64,000 nucleotides of DNA from the human T2T-CHM13v2.0 reference genome, Homo sapiens. The stretch lies in the NCBI RefSeq assembly GCF_009914755.1, contig NC_060936.1. One strand, 5' to 3'. Made by a program: the position numbers and the translations under genes. The notes beneath the pieces were generated by a model. That model saw nothing but the letters and a program-made list of their open reading frames with translations, did not search any database and was not told the DNA's origin. Below are positions 49,620 to 64,000 of this stretch, piece by piece; the first letter of the stretch is position 1, and the number at the start of each line of letters is the position of its first letter.

Positions 49620-49840
49620 TGTACTGTGGTTAAGAGCAAGGATTTGGTGTCGAGCTGCTTGGGCTGGAGCTTGTTGCTTCCCCACTGCTTGACCTTACGT
49701 ATATTATTTAACCTTGAGGAGTCTTGGTTTCCCATCTGCAGATTAGGGTATGAAGTGCCTGCTATATTAGGGTTTTGCGAGGACCGATGAGATTGGGACA
49801 TGAAGTACTTAACTACAGTGCCTGGCACACATTGGGCTGT
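49620..49840 (+). mobile_element. MIR
   Basis: GTGGTTAAGAGC...CCCATCTGCA...ACAGTGCCTGGCACA. Confidence 0.7.
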
Positions 49841-51260
49841 TAGGGACAGAGCTCCAATGCTCACATCAGTAATAGAAGAGAGACAGTGTCCTGTCTCTTC
49901 TGTCTCCCTAAGCCTGTTTTCCTCTATAATTTGAGGTCTCAAAGTGAGCACTGAGCTGATTTATGCAAATGAATCCAGTAGGGCCTATCGCCCAAGCTGA
50001 CCTTTCTAGGGTATACAGGGTAGCTTGGCCAGGCTACAGAAATGGGAAAATAGGTGCAACCTTCCTGATCCTCCTGAAATCCTCAAGTGTTGTCTTGAAG
50101 TTGAGGGGAACCAGGACCAGGCTGCGGGGAGTACCACAGGGACTGCAGAAAGGGCCTGGCCTCCCCTCCCGAAACACTGCACATCTGGAGTGATCTGCCC
50201 ATCTGGCTGTATCCCTGGGGCAATGGCCACAGCTGCTATTTGAGGGAGGAGACATCCAGCTCCTTAGCCAGGGCCTGGGGCCGGGGGGTGGGGGGGTGGT
50301 GGGTAGTGGGGGCTATAAATAAGAGGACCAGGGGGGCAAGGTTGACCTTTTGGGGCGGGGGGCAGGAGCTGGTGACTTCCCCCTCTTTGCTTGAGTCCAG
50401 AGCCAGAGTTTTAGCAAAACAGGAAGAGGCAGCAGCAGCTTCTGGGAAAGTGGGAGTGGCTCCCCTTCCCCCACTTGCCTGGGGCCTTCGGATCCCAGCC
50501 AGGACCTGGGAGAGGTGGAGTCATCTAGGCAAGGAGAGGGAGGGGCAGACCCACGCAGACTGGGCCCCAGCTTCAGTGCCCTCAAATGGCGCAGCCGGGG
50601 CACAGGAAAAGGAGAATGAGACAGAGAAGGGCAGCCCAATGGAGTATATCTGCCACCCCTCGTCCCCTCCTGTTCCCTTCTATAGGCATTAGAAATGGAG
50701 CTCAAAATGTGCCTGTGACCCAGGTAGTGTACATGGAAGTTCGAGGTCAAGTTGAGCACACCTCCATCTCTCATCCCCTCCCAGCCTGTGGTGAGCTAAG
50801 CCTAAGACAGAGTGCGTGGGAGGGAGGGCTCTAGACAGGAGGAAGGACACCTCTGGGCTTCTGGAAAGAGATCCAGGACCTGGCCCAGGTGGAGTGATAG
50901 AAAAATCTTCCAATGAACTATCAAGGTGAGGGGATCCAAAGGTCTGGGTGGTCCTGGGTGAGTGTTTTTCCAGAATAATGGGGCATCTACAGGGACAAGC
51001 TCAGGAGAGCTAAGCCTCAGTCCAGAGACCCTCATGAAGTCAAAGACTGAAGGAATTATCCAGGAAATGTTGCCTGGCTTTGCTTTGCCTGAGTGAGGCT
51101 GGCCACTGAGAATCTGTCCTTCAGTGTCTGTCTGGAGACATCTGGTTGGAGCTCTGGCTGGCCCAGACCTCTAGTAGGGCCTGCACCTGTGTCTGTCATG
51201 TACTGCCCTTGTCTCCCGAGCCTGGAGCCCCACACTTCACCTGCTGGGAGGGTCTAGATA

Positions 51261-51578
51261 AGCGCTGTCCAATAGAAACGGAATGTGAGCCACATATGTA
51301 ACTTATTTTCTATTAGCCACATCAAAAAAAGGAAAAATAAACAGGTGAAATTCATTTTAGTAGTATATTTATGTAACCTAATATAGTAAATCTAAAACAT
51401 TATTTTGGTATGCAATCAAAATAAAAAATTACTAATGAAATCTTTTACATTTTTTTTCCATACTAAGTGTTTGAAAGCCAGTGTATATTTTATACTAACA
51501 GCACATTTCAATTCTGACTGGCCACATTTCAAGTGCTTAGTAGCCACATGTGGCCACTGGCTACTGTATGGACAGCAC
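51261..51578. mobile_element. MER33-like hAT-Charlie MITE
   Basis: Terminal inverted ends GCGCTGTCCAAT / TGGACAGCAC and internal TAGCCACAT blocks. Confidence 0.8.
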
Positions 51579-52365
51579 AAGTTTAGACTTATAGCTTTAC
51601 CTCTTCTTCATCCCTTCCAGTCTCTTATTGGGGAAGAGGCTCAAGAGGTGAAGGAAAAAGCTGGTGAGGCCAGTGTTAAGGGTTAATTTGCTCTAGGAGG
51701 GTGACCACTCCCTTTGGGTTTCAAGCATCTATCTCTAGACCTGGATCCGTTTTAGTGTCCAGGCAGGCAAGGAAATTGAGGCATAGAGCAGCATCTTCCC
51801 TGACAACTGGCCTTCTCCTGCCCTTCCCAGTGCTCCTTCTCTGAGCAGAAGGTTGATAGAATCCGATTACCTCTTCAGGCGCATTAGCCTCCACCTTCCT
51901 CTTTCCTCTTCCAAAAGCGACTCCAAACCCAAAGGTATTTGAGTAGCTGAGTTAAGGAATATGGGAGGAGAAGCAAATTTGGAGGAAAATGCAGAATGGA
52001 GCTTTGCACAGGTGGAGTTTGAGGTGTTGGTGGGATGAGCAAGGGGGGTTGTTGAGTGGACAGTTGGTATCTGGAGCTCAGGGAAGAATTTGGAGGTCAT
52101 CAGTGAGAGAGGAAATTGTAGGAATGAATGACACCACAAGAGCAGGGGAGAAGAGAGGAGAGAAGGGGAGGGCAGGGAAGATGGCTAAATACAGAAACCT
52201 GAGAAAACAAAGACTTCAGATGGGCGAGGAGTGGAAGCTGGAGCAGGCCGGGAGCAGTCACAGATTTCAATGAAGCAAGAGGAAGTGCATCGGAATCCCA
52301 AGTGGGAGAGAATATCAAGAAGGAGAGACTCGCACACGGTTGCAGTTGACAATGCTTTAAAATCA

Positions 52366-52666
<301 letters not shown>

Positions 52667-52779
52667 TAAAATCATTCTTATAAAGAGAGCTCACACAAAC
52701 TGTTAAGAAGCACTAGAACAGTGGAGACTAAAGTTCAAAGCCCAGAAACAGACTCTCCTGGTACAGAGGAAACACAACT

Positions 52780-53350
52780 CACAAGCAGAGGTAGGGGTAT
52801 GTTCAACCTGATCGTCCTCAAAGTAATGCCAATTAAAATGAGACAAAGGTAGGTGCCTTTTTGAAACATTAGCGAGAGCTCGGTGAAGTGTGTGTGCTGT
52901 CGGTAATGGCGTAACCTCTTTTGAAATCAGTTTGGCAATATATAGTAAGAGCTATAATGTGCTGTTACCCTTTGGCTCAATAACCCCACCCAGTGTATCC
53001 TAAACTAGATTTCTATAGTCAAAATTGGGGGAGGAGGAGCGGAGTATGTGCCTAATGATGTCCCCCATCACACTGCCTATAATATAGAAAATTAGAGACA
53101 ATTTGAACACTTATGATTGGAAAATTGTGGAGGTAAATTATGATACTATATTTCCACTTAATAGAAAACTATGAAGCTGTTAGGAAGATGTTTATATGCA
53201 ACACAGCATCACAAGAGAATAGAGATTGGTACATACCCCATGATTGCAACTGTATTAAAAAACATATAGGCATGGAGGAGAAGGTGAAGAGGAAATATGT
53301 GTCATAGGTAATGATTATGTAGGGTGGAATGGGTATATATGGTTTTGGTC
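52780..53350 (+). mobile_element. Old L1M fragment
   Basis: AT-rich; AAATCAGTTTGGCAATAT...TAAATTATGATACTATATTCCA resembles the L1M 3' region. Confidence 0.55.
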
Positions 53351-54509
53351 TCATTTAATGAGTCTTAACATTGCGGAGAGCGGGAATGAGGGTTGACCAG
53401 AAGCTGAGATTTGGGTCTCAGCTATAGCAAGGGCCCTGACAACCTTCCAGAGGCCACAAATGCATTTATCTGGCAACTTAATAGACTGAGCTCCGACCGC
53501 AAGGCAGGTGCGGTCACTGTGGGTATCAACTCAGCATTCTCCTGATAGGAAAAAGCCCACCGTGAGGGGTGATGGCCAGGTGCTCACTGCAGATTCCCTC
53601 CCATATATGGGAGGCTCCTGGAGCTCCATAGTCTCCTCTACTACTGCTGAGGAGCAGGCCATGGCAGGCGCCTGTGGGGACAGCCCCCAGAGGACAGGGC
53701 TGACTGCAGGAGGAACAGAGCATCACAGTGAGGTGAGCTCAGCGGGTATGAGGGCCTCTCTGCTTTGGGGTGGGGGTTGGCGGGCTGTGGTCGGCCACCT
53801 GCTGTTTCACATCACCCCCTGAAGGTGACATGAGATGCAGGGGCCATCACCTTCACGGCGCCCCCAGGAACTCTACCCGGGCCCCCACCTACAGGCGCCA
53901 TTAGGCCTCCTGCTCCTCCCCGTTCCACTCTCTTCCCACAACAACACACTGGGGCCTTGAAATAACACATCTTTCTTTACGCCATCATTTCCACAGAATT
54001 TGCCTATGATTCATTTGTTGTCAAGAGGTATTAAAACCTCCAGCTCCCAGGCACCCTGGTCTTTGTTCCCCTCCCTCCTAGGTCCCACCACTCCCCTTCC
54101 CACGGTGTCCTGCCCAGCTCTTACCCAGTCTCCCTGAGCCCCAGCATCCCAAACTCAGCGCCGCTGCCCCCACAACCACCCCCCAACCTCCTCCCCACTT
54201 GGCCTCTTGAGGAACAGTGGGAAGGGGCTGGGGCAGGTCCACATGGCACCCACCCACCTCCCCAGCCCAGCTCCACCAGAGGAGGGCCCTGCTGGGGGCC
54301 TCTAGCCTTAGGACTTGGAGATGAAGCCCTGGAAACTCTTTGCCTAAAAACAGGAGGCAGTGGAACCCTCAGCCCCAGAAGCTGCCCCTTTCTGTGACTC
54401 CCCAACCCCCTCACTTGGGCAGGATGGATTTTCCTCATACCTCGAGGCCTGGTCCCTGGGTCCCTCCCCGTCACTGTTTCTGACTAGGCACAGGGGTATA
54501 GAGTTTCCA

Positions 54510-54511
<2 letters not shown>

Positions 54512-54548
<37 letters not shown>

Positions 54549-54558
54549 CACGCGTGTA
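54512..54558. repeat. (GT)n(GC)n alternating purine-pyrimidine tract
   Basis: GTGTGT...GTGCGCGCGCACGCGTGTA. Confidence 0.92.
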
Positions 54559-56623
54559 TGTTGGGGAGTAGGAAGAGCTGTCTTCTCACACCCTCATTAC
54601 CCAGTAAGGCTTTGGGGTTCCCCTCCCAGTCCCTCCCCAGGGCTGTGTAGGTGTGTCAGGGAGCTAGAAGGTGGGGGTGGCAGGAGAGGAAGAGGGCGAT
54701 GGGCGAGGGAGCTGGGGGGCTGCTGGGAGCCTGGCTGGGGTGACAGGAGCTGCTGTGGTCGGGTTATCTGATGTGAGGAGACAGGTGTGCAGCTTCGAGG
54801 CTCTGGGGGTGGGGGAAGAGCAGCCTGAGAGAGAAGTAGAAACAGTAGAAGCAGCCTGGAGCCAGCGAGGTAGACAGGAAAGACAGAGATGGGAGAAAAG
54901 AGCCTTAGTGAACCCAGGAAGGCCTCTCCCCAGAGGAGGATCACTTTTTTCCTCAAGTTCTGGAGGCAACACCAGAGCAGGCAGGCAGGTGGGCAGGGGG
55001 GTGTCCCCAGCCTCTGCCGTGGTCCAACTTCCCCAGCTCGCCAGCTCCCAGGGAACCAGGCAGCCTCCCCTCAACACTGTGGGGCTGATGGGCTCGAAGG
55101 TCCAGCCTTATCCCTGAATCAGAGCAGTTGGAGACAGTTGAGGCTCTATAATCTCGGTTGGGGGTTAACGGGTGGAGGAGGCTTTGCAGGAGGAGATAAT
55201 GGGGCAGACCTCAGGTCTTCCGCACTACCCACCAGCACAACACCGTGGAGCTGGGGGAGTAAGCGGAGTTGTTGGCACCATGGGCCGGGCCAGGCGTGCG
55301 TCTGCCATCCTAGGAGCTGGGTTGAGGGCCAGCTTGGCCTTTCACAAGAGGGGTCCACCTGTGAATCCCTGCTTCTACCCCGTCTATCCCTGACTTGGAA
55401 TGTGTTGGAGGAGCTGCTTATAAGGAAGACGATATCAGGTTAGACGTTATCTCTTTAGAGGAGAGGGTCCCCAGAGGATGATGAAAATTACAGTAATAAA
55501 GGCTAACATTTACCGAGCACCGAACTCCATGCCAAGCGCAATTCTAAATACTACATAGTAGCTCATGTGGTCTTCACAACACCTAGGAAGTAAGTACCAT
55601 TACTCTCTTTGCTTTACAGAAGACAGACAAATAGCCAGCAGTTCCACAGCGACTCAGGGGACTGCCAGGGTTCAAATCCTGCTCCTGCTAGATGCCACTT
55701 CTGCTGCTCTTCATTGCTGCCCTAGACAAGGCCAGGCCCTGCGGCGTGCTGCGAGCCTTCCTTCCGTTATCTTTACCAGCTCTACATGGTCATTCACAGA
55801 TGAGAAAGCTGAAGATCAGAGAGCTCACACATTTCCCACAAGGTTACACAGTCAGTAAGAGACACTATCAGGATTCCAATGACCTGCTGTTAAAGTTCAT
55901 CTCTTATTCACTCATTGCCTCCCTCAAGGCTGAAGAGTGGGGTGGAGGGGAGACCAGCAGAGCTACTGAGCTCAATCTGCCTCCTTGGCCCTCCCAGCCC
56001 AGAGCTCTGCCAGCGGTGGTAGGAGGAGTGTGGTAAGTATTTGCTGATGAATGAACAACCGAAGGACAAAATAATGAACTGTCATCTTCCAAGGCAAAGG
56101 ATTGCAGAAGCCACTGATATCCTGCCCACCGCCCTCCCCATCCACTCCTCTACCACCTCCAGTCCTTCCTGTGAACACAGCAGAGGCAGGAGCCTCTTGG
56201 GGTGGGGTCCCTATCAGGGAGGAAGTGCAGCTGGCTTCTCCCCCACCCCCTTTATCACTTCTCCCCCATCCCTACTTTATCACCCAGGGCCTCCACAATC
56301 CCCTCCCTGTCCCTCTCCGGGGGCTCCTGGGTAGGAGAGGGAAAGACATGTAAATCAGTGGGGCTTGGGGAAGTGGAGGAAGCAGAAAGGATACCAGGAG
56401 CATTTCCCCTACACGCTTAACCTGGGGCTCACAGTCCTTGCCAGGCTGGGCCAGTGGCTTAGGGGACCAAGCCCTTCCTGATAGGCCGCTTGATCTATCT
56501 GGCCAGCCTAGTAGGCAAATGGGGAAATAGTAGTCAGGAGTTGACAAAGTTGGGGCACCTGCCCTCACTTTGGCCCTAGCCCCATGCCGGCTGCCACAGA
56601 TGTTCACAGGTGTCTGCAGGATT

Positions 56624-57029
<406 letters not shown>

Positions 57030-57758
57030 TAAATAAGGGCTGTCGACCAGGCTATGTGTGACTTCTCCTTTCACCACCAAGGTCTGGAGGTCTAAGGGGA
57101 GCTCTGCCCACTACCCCCAGGAGCTCACGGGAGCTTCTTCCTGCCTTCCTCCTCTCAGCAACCAGTATCTAGGAGGCCATGCCTTCCTTCCCAGAGTCCA
57201 GCTCAGACAATTTGCAGAACAACCCAGCTTGAAATTTGATACTTGATCCACCCCTTGTGCATCCCCTAGATCAAATAACCCTGGATCTGTGACCCTTGGC
57301 TCAGATCTGTCTAATTCTTAAAGAGTCTGTTCAGACTTGGAGTGAGGCTGTTGAGTCCTGAGGAGGGAGGGGCTGTGGCAGCATTGACAAGTTCCCCGCA
57401 TTCCTGTGGTACCTGAGTCTTTCCAATGACTCCCCTCACCTGAGGCTCAGTCTCTCATTACCCACCCGCTTCCCTTCCTTATCGGTGAGGTCTTGAACAA
57501 CTGAACCAAAGAGCTTCTGGTTCATGAGCTAATGTTAACCTGCAAGAGGACACAGTCTTTGGCTCTGTCTCAGTCAACTCTGAATATGGTCTGCAGACCT
57601 AGCTTTTGGAAGATGCAAGAGCAGGAGGGATGGTGAGAATACTGGATGACAAAATGAGGATTCAAAACATTCGAGCAGGCCAGTGTGGGATAATAAAATC
57701 AGATAAATATAAAGAGGGACAAATGCTACATTCTGCATTTAGTCAAAAACAAATTGGT

Positions 57759-58030
<272 letters not shown>

Positions 58031-58055
58031 CTCTCTCTCTTTCTGTCCTTCTCTT

Positions 58056-58105
<50 letters not shown>

Positions 58106-58279
58106 ATTAGCCAAGTACAGAATGAGGGGGATGTGGCAGACACTTTAGGGAGAGGAGTTAGTATGAAGTTTCTGAAGCCACATGGAATTAACTTCACAGG
58201 TTCTGAAGTTGAAAGGAAGGTGTTTAAATTTGCATAAGTCTGTTTGCATTTCATTTTCTAGCAGGGACATTATTAGCCT

Positions 58280-58682
58280 TTTTGACTCTCATTTTCTCAC
58301 AAGTGTACAGTGGAGTTTTCCGGAGGCTTCTTGACACATGATATCATAACAGGTTGAATGCAGAAGCCAATATGAGAATCTGGCTGCCTTCTACTAAACC
58401 AGACATTAAAGAGATTTGCAAAACTGTGAAACAATACTGTCTTGTCATTAAATTAGTTTTACTTTGGAAACTGGTTATTTTAAAGAAAAAAATGTGTTAT
58501 TTGTTCTAACTTTTAATAGATTCATTATTGCCACATTTAAAGAATACACTTTAAAAATGTCTGTTTTAATTTCTAATGGTACATATTGATGAATCTAACC
58601 CACACACACAAAAGTTCTTTGGGGTCCTTCTTTTTAAGAGAGTAAAAGGATGCCAGGACCCAAATGCTTGAGAAACTCTGGT
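58280..58682. mobile_element. Charlie1-type hAT DNA transposon end
   Basis: GAATGCAGAAGC...CCAGACATTAAAGAGATTTGCAAAA...CTTTGGGGTCC...TTGAGAAACTCTG. Confidence 0.75.
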
Positions 58683-59399
58683 TTAGAGGCAAGCCACAGA
58701 GCTGCACGTTCAGAGAACTGCACGTACCCAGACACGGTGGTCGGTTAAGTTTCAATGTCTGGAACAAAGACAAATGACACTGAAGAGATCATGGTGGGGT
58801 TTATACCTCATCAGAGAAGCAGGGTTCCAACAAACATGGGGATAAATGAATCGATCAAACCCGATTCTTGAAACTTGTCTTGATTCCCTTTTCTCTGGGC
58901 ATAAGCCACCCCTTGCCAGAGAATACTGACATTAATTATAGGTCAGTAAATACGCATGTAGTGAAGTCCAGGTGTTGGTGATTGTTGAAGGATTGACATT
59001 GACAAATAAAGAACATGACTGAAAGAAGTTGGGGACAGTAGTCACTAGAGTTCCATGCATTTCAGATTTATATTCCTATCTTCCCACCTCTTTCCCACAC
59101 TTTTCTCCCCAGGCAGCTTTCGGCTGGGGCCAATTTGGTTTATTAAGTGGCACACCTGCCCCCTGGTGGCCAGGTGGTACAATGACACCTTCTCTCAGTT
59201 CTGGTAGATATCATGGAGCAGGAGTCCCTAGCACCAAGAAGCTGAGATCCGGAAGAGGCGCCCCAAAAAATCAGCCTGGAGTGAATCTAGAGGGCCCATC
59301 AGGGATCGGAGGTCGGAATGTGGGAGCAATGTCACCTCCTTGATAAAAACTTATTTGGCCATCTCAGCAACCCAATAGTGATGTTGGCCAACACATGAT

Positions 59400-59640
59400 T
59401 GATAACTACGTGCCAGGTACTGTTATAAATGCTTTACACAGATTATATCACAACAACAGCAAATCTATGAGGTAGGTACTATTATTGTTACCATTCTGTG
59501 AAGAAACTGAGGCTCAAAAACATTAAGTAACTTGCCCAGGGTCATACAAATAGCAAATGGCAGAGCCAGGCCTGGGAGACAGCAGTTTACTTGTTAACTG
59601 TTACTTTTAACTTGTTAACACTTTGCAGCTTCCACTTGGC
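59400..59640 (-). mobile_element. MIR
   Basis: GTGCCAGGTACTG...GAAACTGAGGCTC...AAGTAACTTGCCCAGGGTCA. Confidence 0.75.
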
Positions 59641-60289
59641 ATGCCTAGTACTCATCTGTCTGTAGGGCTGTCTTCTCCCACTGCACAGTGCTTTTCTTGG
59701 GGGTGGCGACTGTCTTGTTCATCGCCATATCCCCAGCACTGAGCTCGGTGGTGTGGCTGGTTAGAAACATTGGAAGGACTACATAACTTGGCTGGACCTC
59801 AGAGGGAACCTGCAGCCTCGCTCACTGTCAGCACGGACTATGCTCAGAGGCCCGGGGCACAAGACCCTGGGAGGCCCTTGGGTGAGGTGTGAGAGGGTCA
59901 GATACTCCCTGTTGCCTGGGAGGAGAAGCCAGAGAGCAGATCCCTAACCCCATGTCGCTGGCATGAGGAGAGGTAAGCACCACCAGATGCCCTCAGTAGC
60001 AGAGACTCAGAGCCTTGCTGAATCTCACTCATATCATGGAGATAGAGAAAGGGTGGAAGGGGGATGTGATTGGGGCTTTGGGGGCGGGGGGCCAGGCAAG
60101 TGGCTCAAAGCTATCCCTGTAGGGCAGTAGCACCACCTCGTGGTGAAACTCAAGATGATTTAGGAAAAATAACCCAGCTAATCCATAACTGAGGGGAGGC
60201 TGGGAACCCCCTCCTTTGGAGTCAGCACTCTCCTTGGATAGAGCCACAGGAGAGGGCCTGGAACTCTTCCAGCGTCTCCCCAAGCCAGA

Positions 60290-60702
60290 GCAGCTCACTC
60301 CAGAAGTGCTCACCAGGTTGTATAGAATGTGAAGAAAACACCCCTTATGGACATGTCCTATGGGCCACAGGCTGAAAAGAGCCGCCTAGCTGAGGTCATG
60401 TCAATGAAATCACATGCTCTTCAGGGAACAGCCTGCGTCCAATGACTACCTGATGCAGGAATATAGAAGTGTCTCCCTCACTTCATCTTGGGGCAATCCA
60501 AAGGGCCATCCCAGCTTCAGAGATCCCCACACGGGTTGATTGAGACCTTCACTGAGACTGCTTTGCAGCCCAACTTCTCCCACTGCTAATTCTACTTCTT
60601 TCCCTTCCACCAGGGCTGATAATCCTGAGACTGCTCCCTAACAAGCTCCCTGCACTTCAACCTGCATTTCAGAGTCTACGTCCCTGGAACCCAACTTGCA
60701 AC
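60290..60702 (+). mobile_element. ERVL LTR (LTR16-like), degraded
   Basis: 3' end CTCCCTAACAAGCTCCCTGCAC...TCAGAGTCT...GGAACCCAACTTGCAACA resembles LTR16 U5. Confidence 0.5.
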
Positions 60703-61388
60703 ACCATCCCGTATATCATATATCACATGCGTGCATACAGAGATTCGGAGCAGCTGTCTGGAGCAGCGAGCTCTCAGATTCCCCCTGCCAGCCACAGGCT
60801 CCACACCCTGCTGTGCTTCTGGGTCTTGAGGAGCACAGACTCCCCATCAGCCTCACGGGCTCCCTGCCCACAATGAGGACTAGTTGCCTATAGGATGTCA
60901 GCATGATGAGCCATCTCCTTGGCCATGCTGGAGGTGTCAGACAGCATCCATCCTTCTTGTCATCTGCAGGGACCATGGGGCAGGCAGACCGACCTGCACT
61001 GCACAGGCAGCCTGCAAGGAGCCTGGTAGAAGCTGGGGAAATTGAAGGGCTGTGGTCACTCCTGGCAGGCCCTGTTTGCTTGCTCCAGGGCTAAAGGAAT
61101 CAATACTCCTAGCACACCAGTGAGCTATTTATACCACATGATGCTTTGAGCCTATCAACCCCATGGTCTGTGCAGTGTTTTTGCTTTATGTCTCTTTTAA
61201 GAAGCAGACTCATTCGAACTACCCCAGGTGTGGCATAGCCCATTGTAAGGGGAGGATGTTCCCTATAGCACTTCCATATGATGTCAAGTTAGTGGCCATT
61301 CTGCCCTACAGATCAACAGAAGCACATGACGCCAGCATCCTCATGGAGTCATTCACAATTAGTACCAGATAAGAATGCATTGTGTAGA

Positions 61389-61902
<514 letters not shown>

Positions 61903-62934
61903 TAGGCATAGAACCAAAGCTTGGAATATGAAAACTTGAAAACACTTGATCCTAATTATGCAACCTTCCTGGGGTATATTCCTCTTGGTTTACCTGGAAA
62001 AGCGCATTATAACACAGCCTTGGAAATTTTGTGTTCTTCTAGGTCAGCTATAAAAATGCTACATAAGATCCTTCTAACAGTGTATCAGAACTCCATTCTC
62101 CACATTTCTCCAGCCAGAGACATGCCCATTTATGCAGCTGTTGATTTCCTTTCTCTAAGTCCCTTCATGTTTCACAAAATAACCCTCAAGTTCTAACCCC
62201 AATTCCCCTAAGTCCATCTCATCCCACTGAAACACATTTTAGCCTTTGGTTTGAAATATTTTCAGATGTTTCTGAAAAATTAGAGTGAATCACATCCCCA
62301 GGCCAACTTATCCTCAATCAATACATTAGCTGGCATGATTTCCTTATTTTCAGATCACAATGCTGTGTTCTTGTTTACTGTGCCTAGCAATGCTACCCTT
62401 CATCATAAACCCCACTTCCTTGGGAAGCAGAATGGAGTGCATCGGCATAAGTTGGGCCCCTTAGGAGTCCTGTTTCTGCACAGCAGTCATTTGTAATCCT
62501 CCAGGTCACTGGCACAGCCGCCATCTCTAATGGCAGACACAGTTTTGCCAGTAGCTGTTTGGTTTTCATTTTTGAGGGTCTCACGTAGGTGTCATATATT
62601 GACTGCACACTTCCTGGGAGTAGAGCACAGTTTGGTCCAGCACCTCTAATTTTCCTGGCTCAGGGCCTGCTTTAGGAATGGGAACCTCTTTTATCTCCTC
62701 TCTAGGAGAGAGCTAGCAAGACCATCAGTCGTCTGTCAGGTCCCCCAACTCAATAGGAAGCAGGACAATGTAGCAGTTAATTTGTGGCTTCTGAACCTAG
62801 CTGCTGAAGGTTCAAATCCCATCCCTTGCTAGTGTGGCATTGCTCAAGCTATCCTTTCTGTCAAATGGGGGTAATAATGATTCATCTCCCATAAGGTCCT
62901 TATAAGGATAAGGCAAATTGGTTTGCATAAAGCA

Positions 62935-62940
62935 TTTATT
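62935..62940 (-). terminator. VDR: Distal poly(A) signal of putative VDR 3' UTR
   Basis: TTTATT on + strand. Confidence 0.65.
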
Positions 62941-62988
62941 TACAGCAGTACTTGCAACAAAGTAAGTGCTATATAAGTATGAGCCATT

Positions 62989-62994
62989 TTTATT
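62989..62994 (-). terminator. VDR: Proximal tandem poly(A) signal of putative VDR 3' UTR
   Basis: TTTATT on + strand. Confidence 0.55.
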
Positions 62995-63857
62995 ACCATA
63001 AGCAAAGCTTTCTACATTGGTTGACTTGACAAACTTCTGGCAAACTTTTTTTCTCTTTGGAAATCATTCAGCAGGCACTGTTTACATCCTTTCGCTGCCA
63101 TATCTCTAGCTTTCACTAAATCTGCCACACATTCCTGCCTTCTCTGTTGACCTCGCTTGGATTCTCCTACATGCTTCCAGTTAGCCAGCCAGAGGATTTT
63201 CCTGTCTCTGGGAATCTTGTGGAAAATCTTGCATTTTGGGGCACCTTCTCCTTCAGTTATAATGATATACCTTAAAAGTTTTACATTTACAAATGTCTAT
63301 TTCACACTCTCATTCTAAAGTAGAATCGATGATGACCTTTTCTCCCCGTTCAGCCCCATAAAAACTCATTTTCCCCTCTTTTCTTTTCCTCCCAGCTCCT
63401 AGACTTCCTTTGGAGGAGTGGCCTAGGTGGTGGGGCCCAGGGCTGAGTAACTGATATTTCCAGGAGTTCCCCGAAGAAGGCAGGGCCAGAGGGAGAGCTG
63501 GGAAGGTGGTGACATTACAAAGACAAATGCATGTTATAGATGAGGCAACAGCATTATCCAAGGCTGAGGTGGAGAGCCCAGCAGGCCAGGGCCACATCGT
63601 GGTGGGGTAGGGTCTGATTCACATTGAGGCAGAGGTGAGTCTCCTTCCTTCTCCTTCTGATGGGTTGGTGGAGTTACAAGCCAGGGAAGGAAGGAAAGGG
63701 TCCCAGATCCAGACTTGCTCTTTCTGAAATCCAGGGCTTCCCCCAGGGACTGGGTCAGCCACCTGGGGAATGAGAGTGGGGGTCTGAGCTCAAACATGGT
63801 GTAGTGAAAAGGACACCGGACCATGACTCCAAAATCTGGTCCTGTCCTGGTCCACTT

Positions 63858-64000
63858 CTAAGACGGAGTTTCGCTCTTGTTGTCCAGGTTGGAGAGTAAC
63901 GGCACGATCTCAGCTCACTGCAACCTCCACCTCCTGGGTTCAATTCTTCTGCCTCAGCCTCCTGAGTAGCTGGGATTACAGGCTTGCGCCACCATGCCCG
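63858..64000 (-). mobile_element. Alu (cut by window edge)
   Basis: AGACGGAGTTTCGCTCTTGTTG... Alu right arm. Confidence 0.92.

Larger units (their letters stand above)
62770..62996 (+). mobile_element. MIR overlapping the putative VDR 3' end
   Basis: GGTTCAAATCCC...CTGTCAAATGGGGGTAATAAT...TAAAGCAT...AGTAAGTGCT. Confidence 0.65.
62915..64000 (-). other. VDR: Distal 3' UTR of the vitamin D receptor gene (rest of gene beyond window)
   Basis: Two - strand AATAAA (62935-62940, 62989-62994). Gene identity rests on known HDAC7-VDR adjacency and my recollection of the VDR mRNA end; no coding sequence is in the window. Confidence 0.72.

Overview
Human (Alu-rich primate) genomic DNA, recognisable from its translated exons as the SLC48A1-HDAC7-VDR locus (chr12q13). 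Left to right: (i) the last two coding exons and long Alu-containing 3' UTR of the heme transporter SLC48A1/HRG1 (+ strand). (ii) The complete class IIa histone deacetylase HDAC7 gene on the - strand. I reconstructed 26 GT-AG coding exons (41180 down to 5234) that join in frame to 2976 nt (991 aa + TAA), with a CpG-island promoter at about 40.4-41.8 kb. (iii) About 20 kb of repeat-rich upstream/intergenic DNA. (iv) The probable distal 3' UTR of VDR (- strand) from about 62.9 kb. Nearly all other ORFs in the supplied track are GC-rich or Alu-derived noise. The most interesting signals are: a palindromic AATAAA-aca-TTTATT element giving both convergent genes their poly(A) signals; a 5' translation 'switchboard' in HDAC7 (start-stop element, Kozak-strong uORF, weak main ATG, a 60-nt cassette exon with stops in all three frames, and an alternative in-frame first exon) that would decide whether the CtBP-binding PMDLR motif is made; in-frame and poison cryptic exons; MEF2 sites suggesting feedback; and VDR poly(A) signals apparently built from an antisense MIR. 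Repeat identities and boundaries are by eye and approximate.
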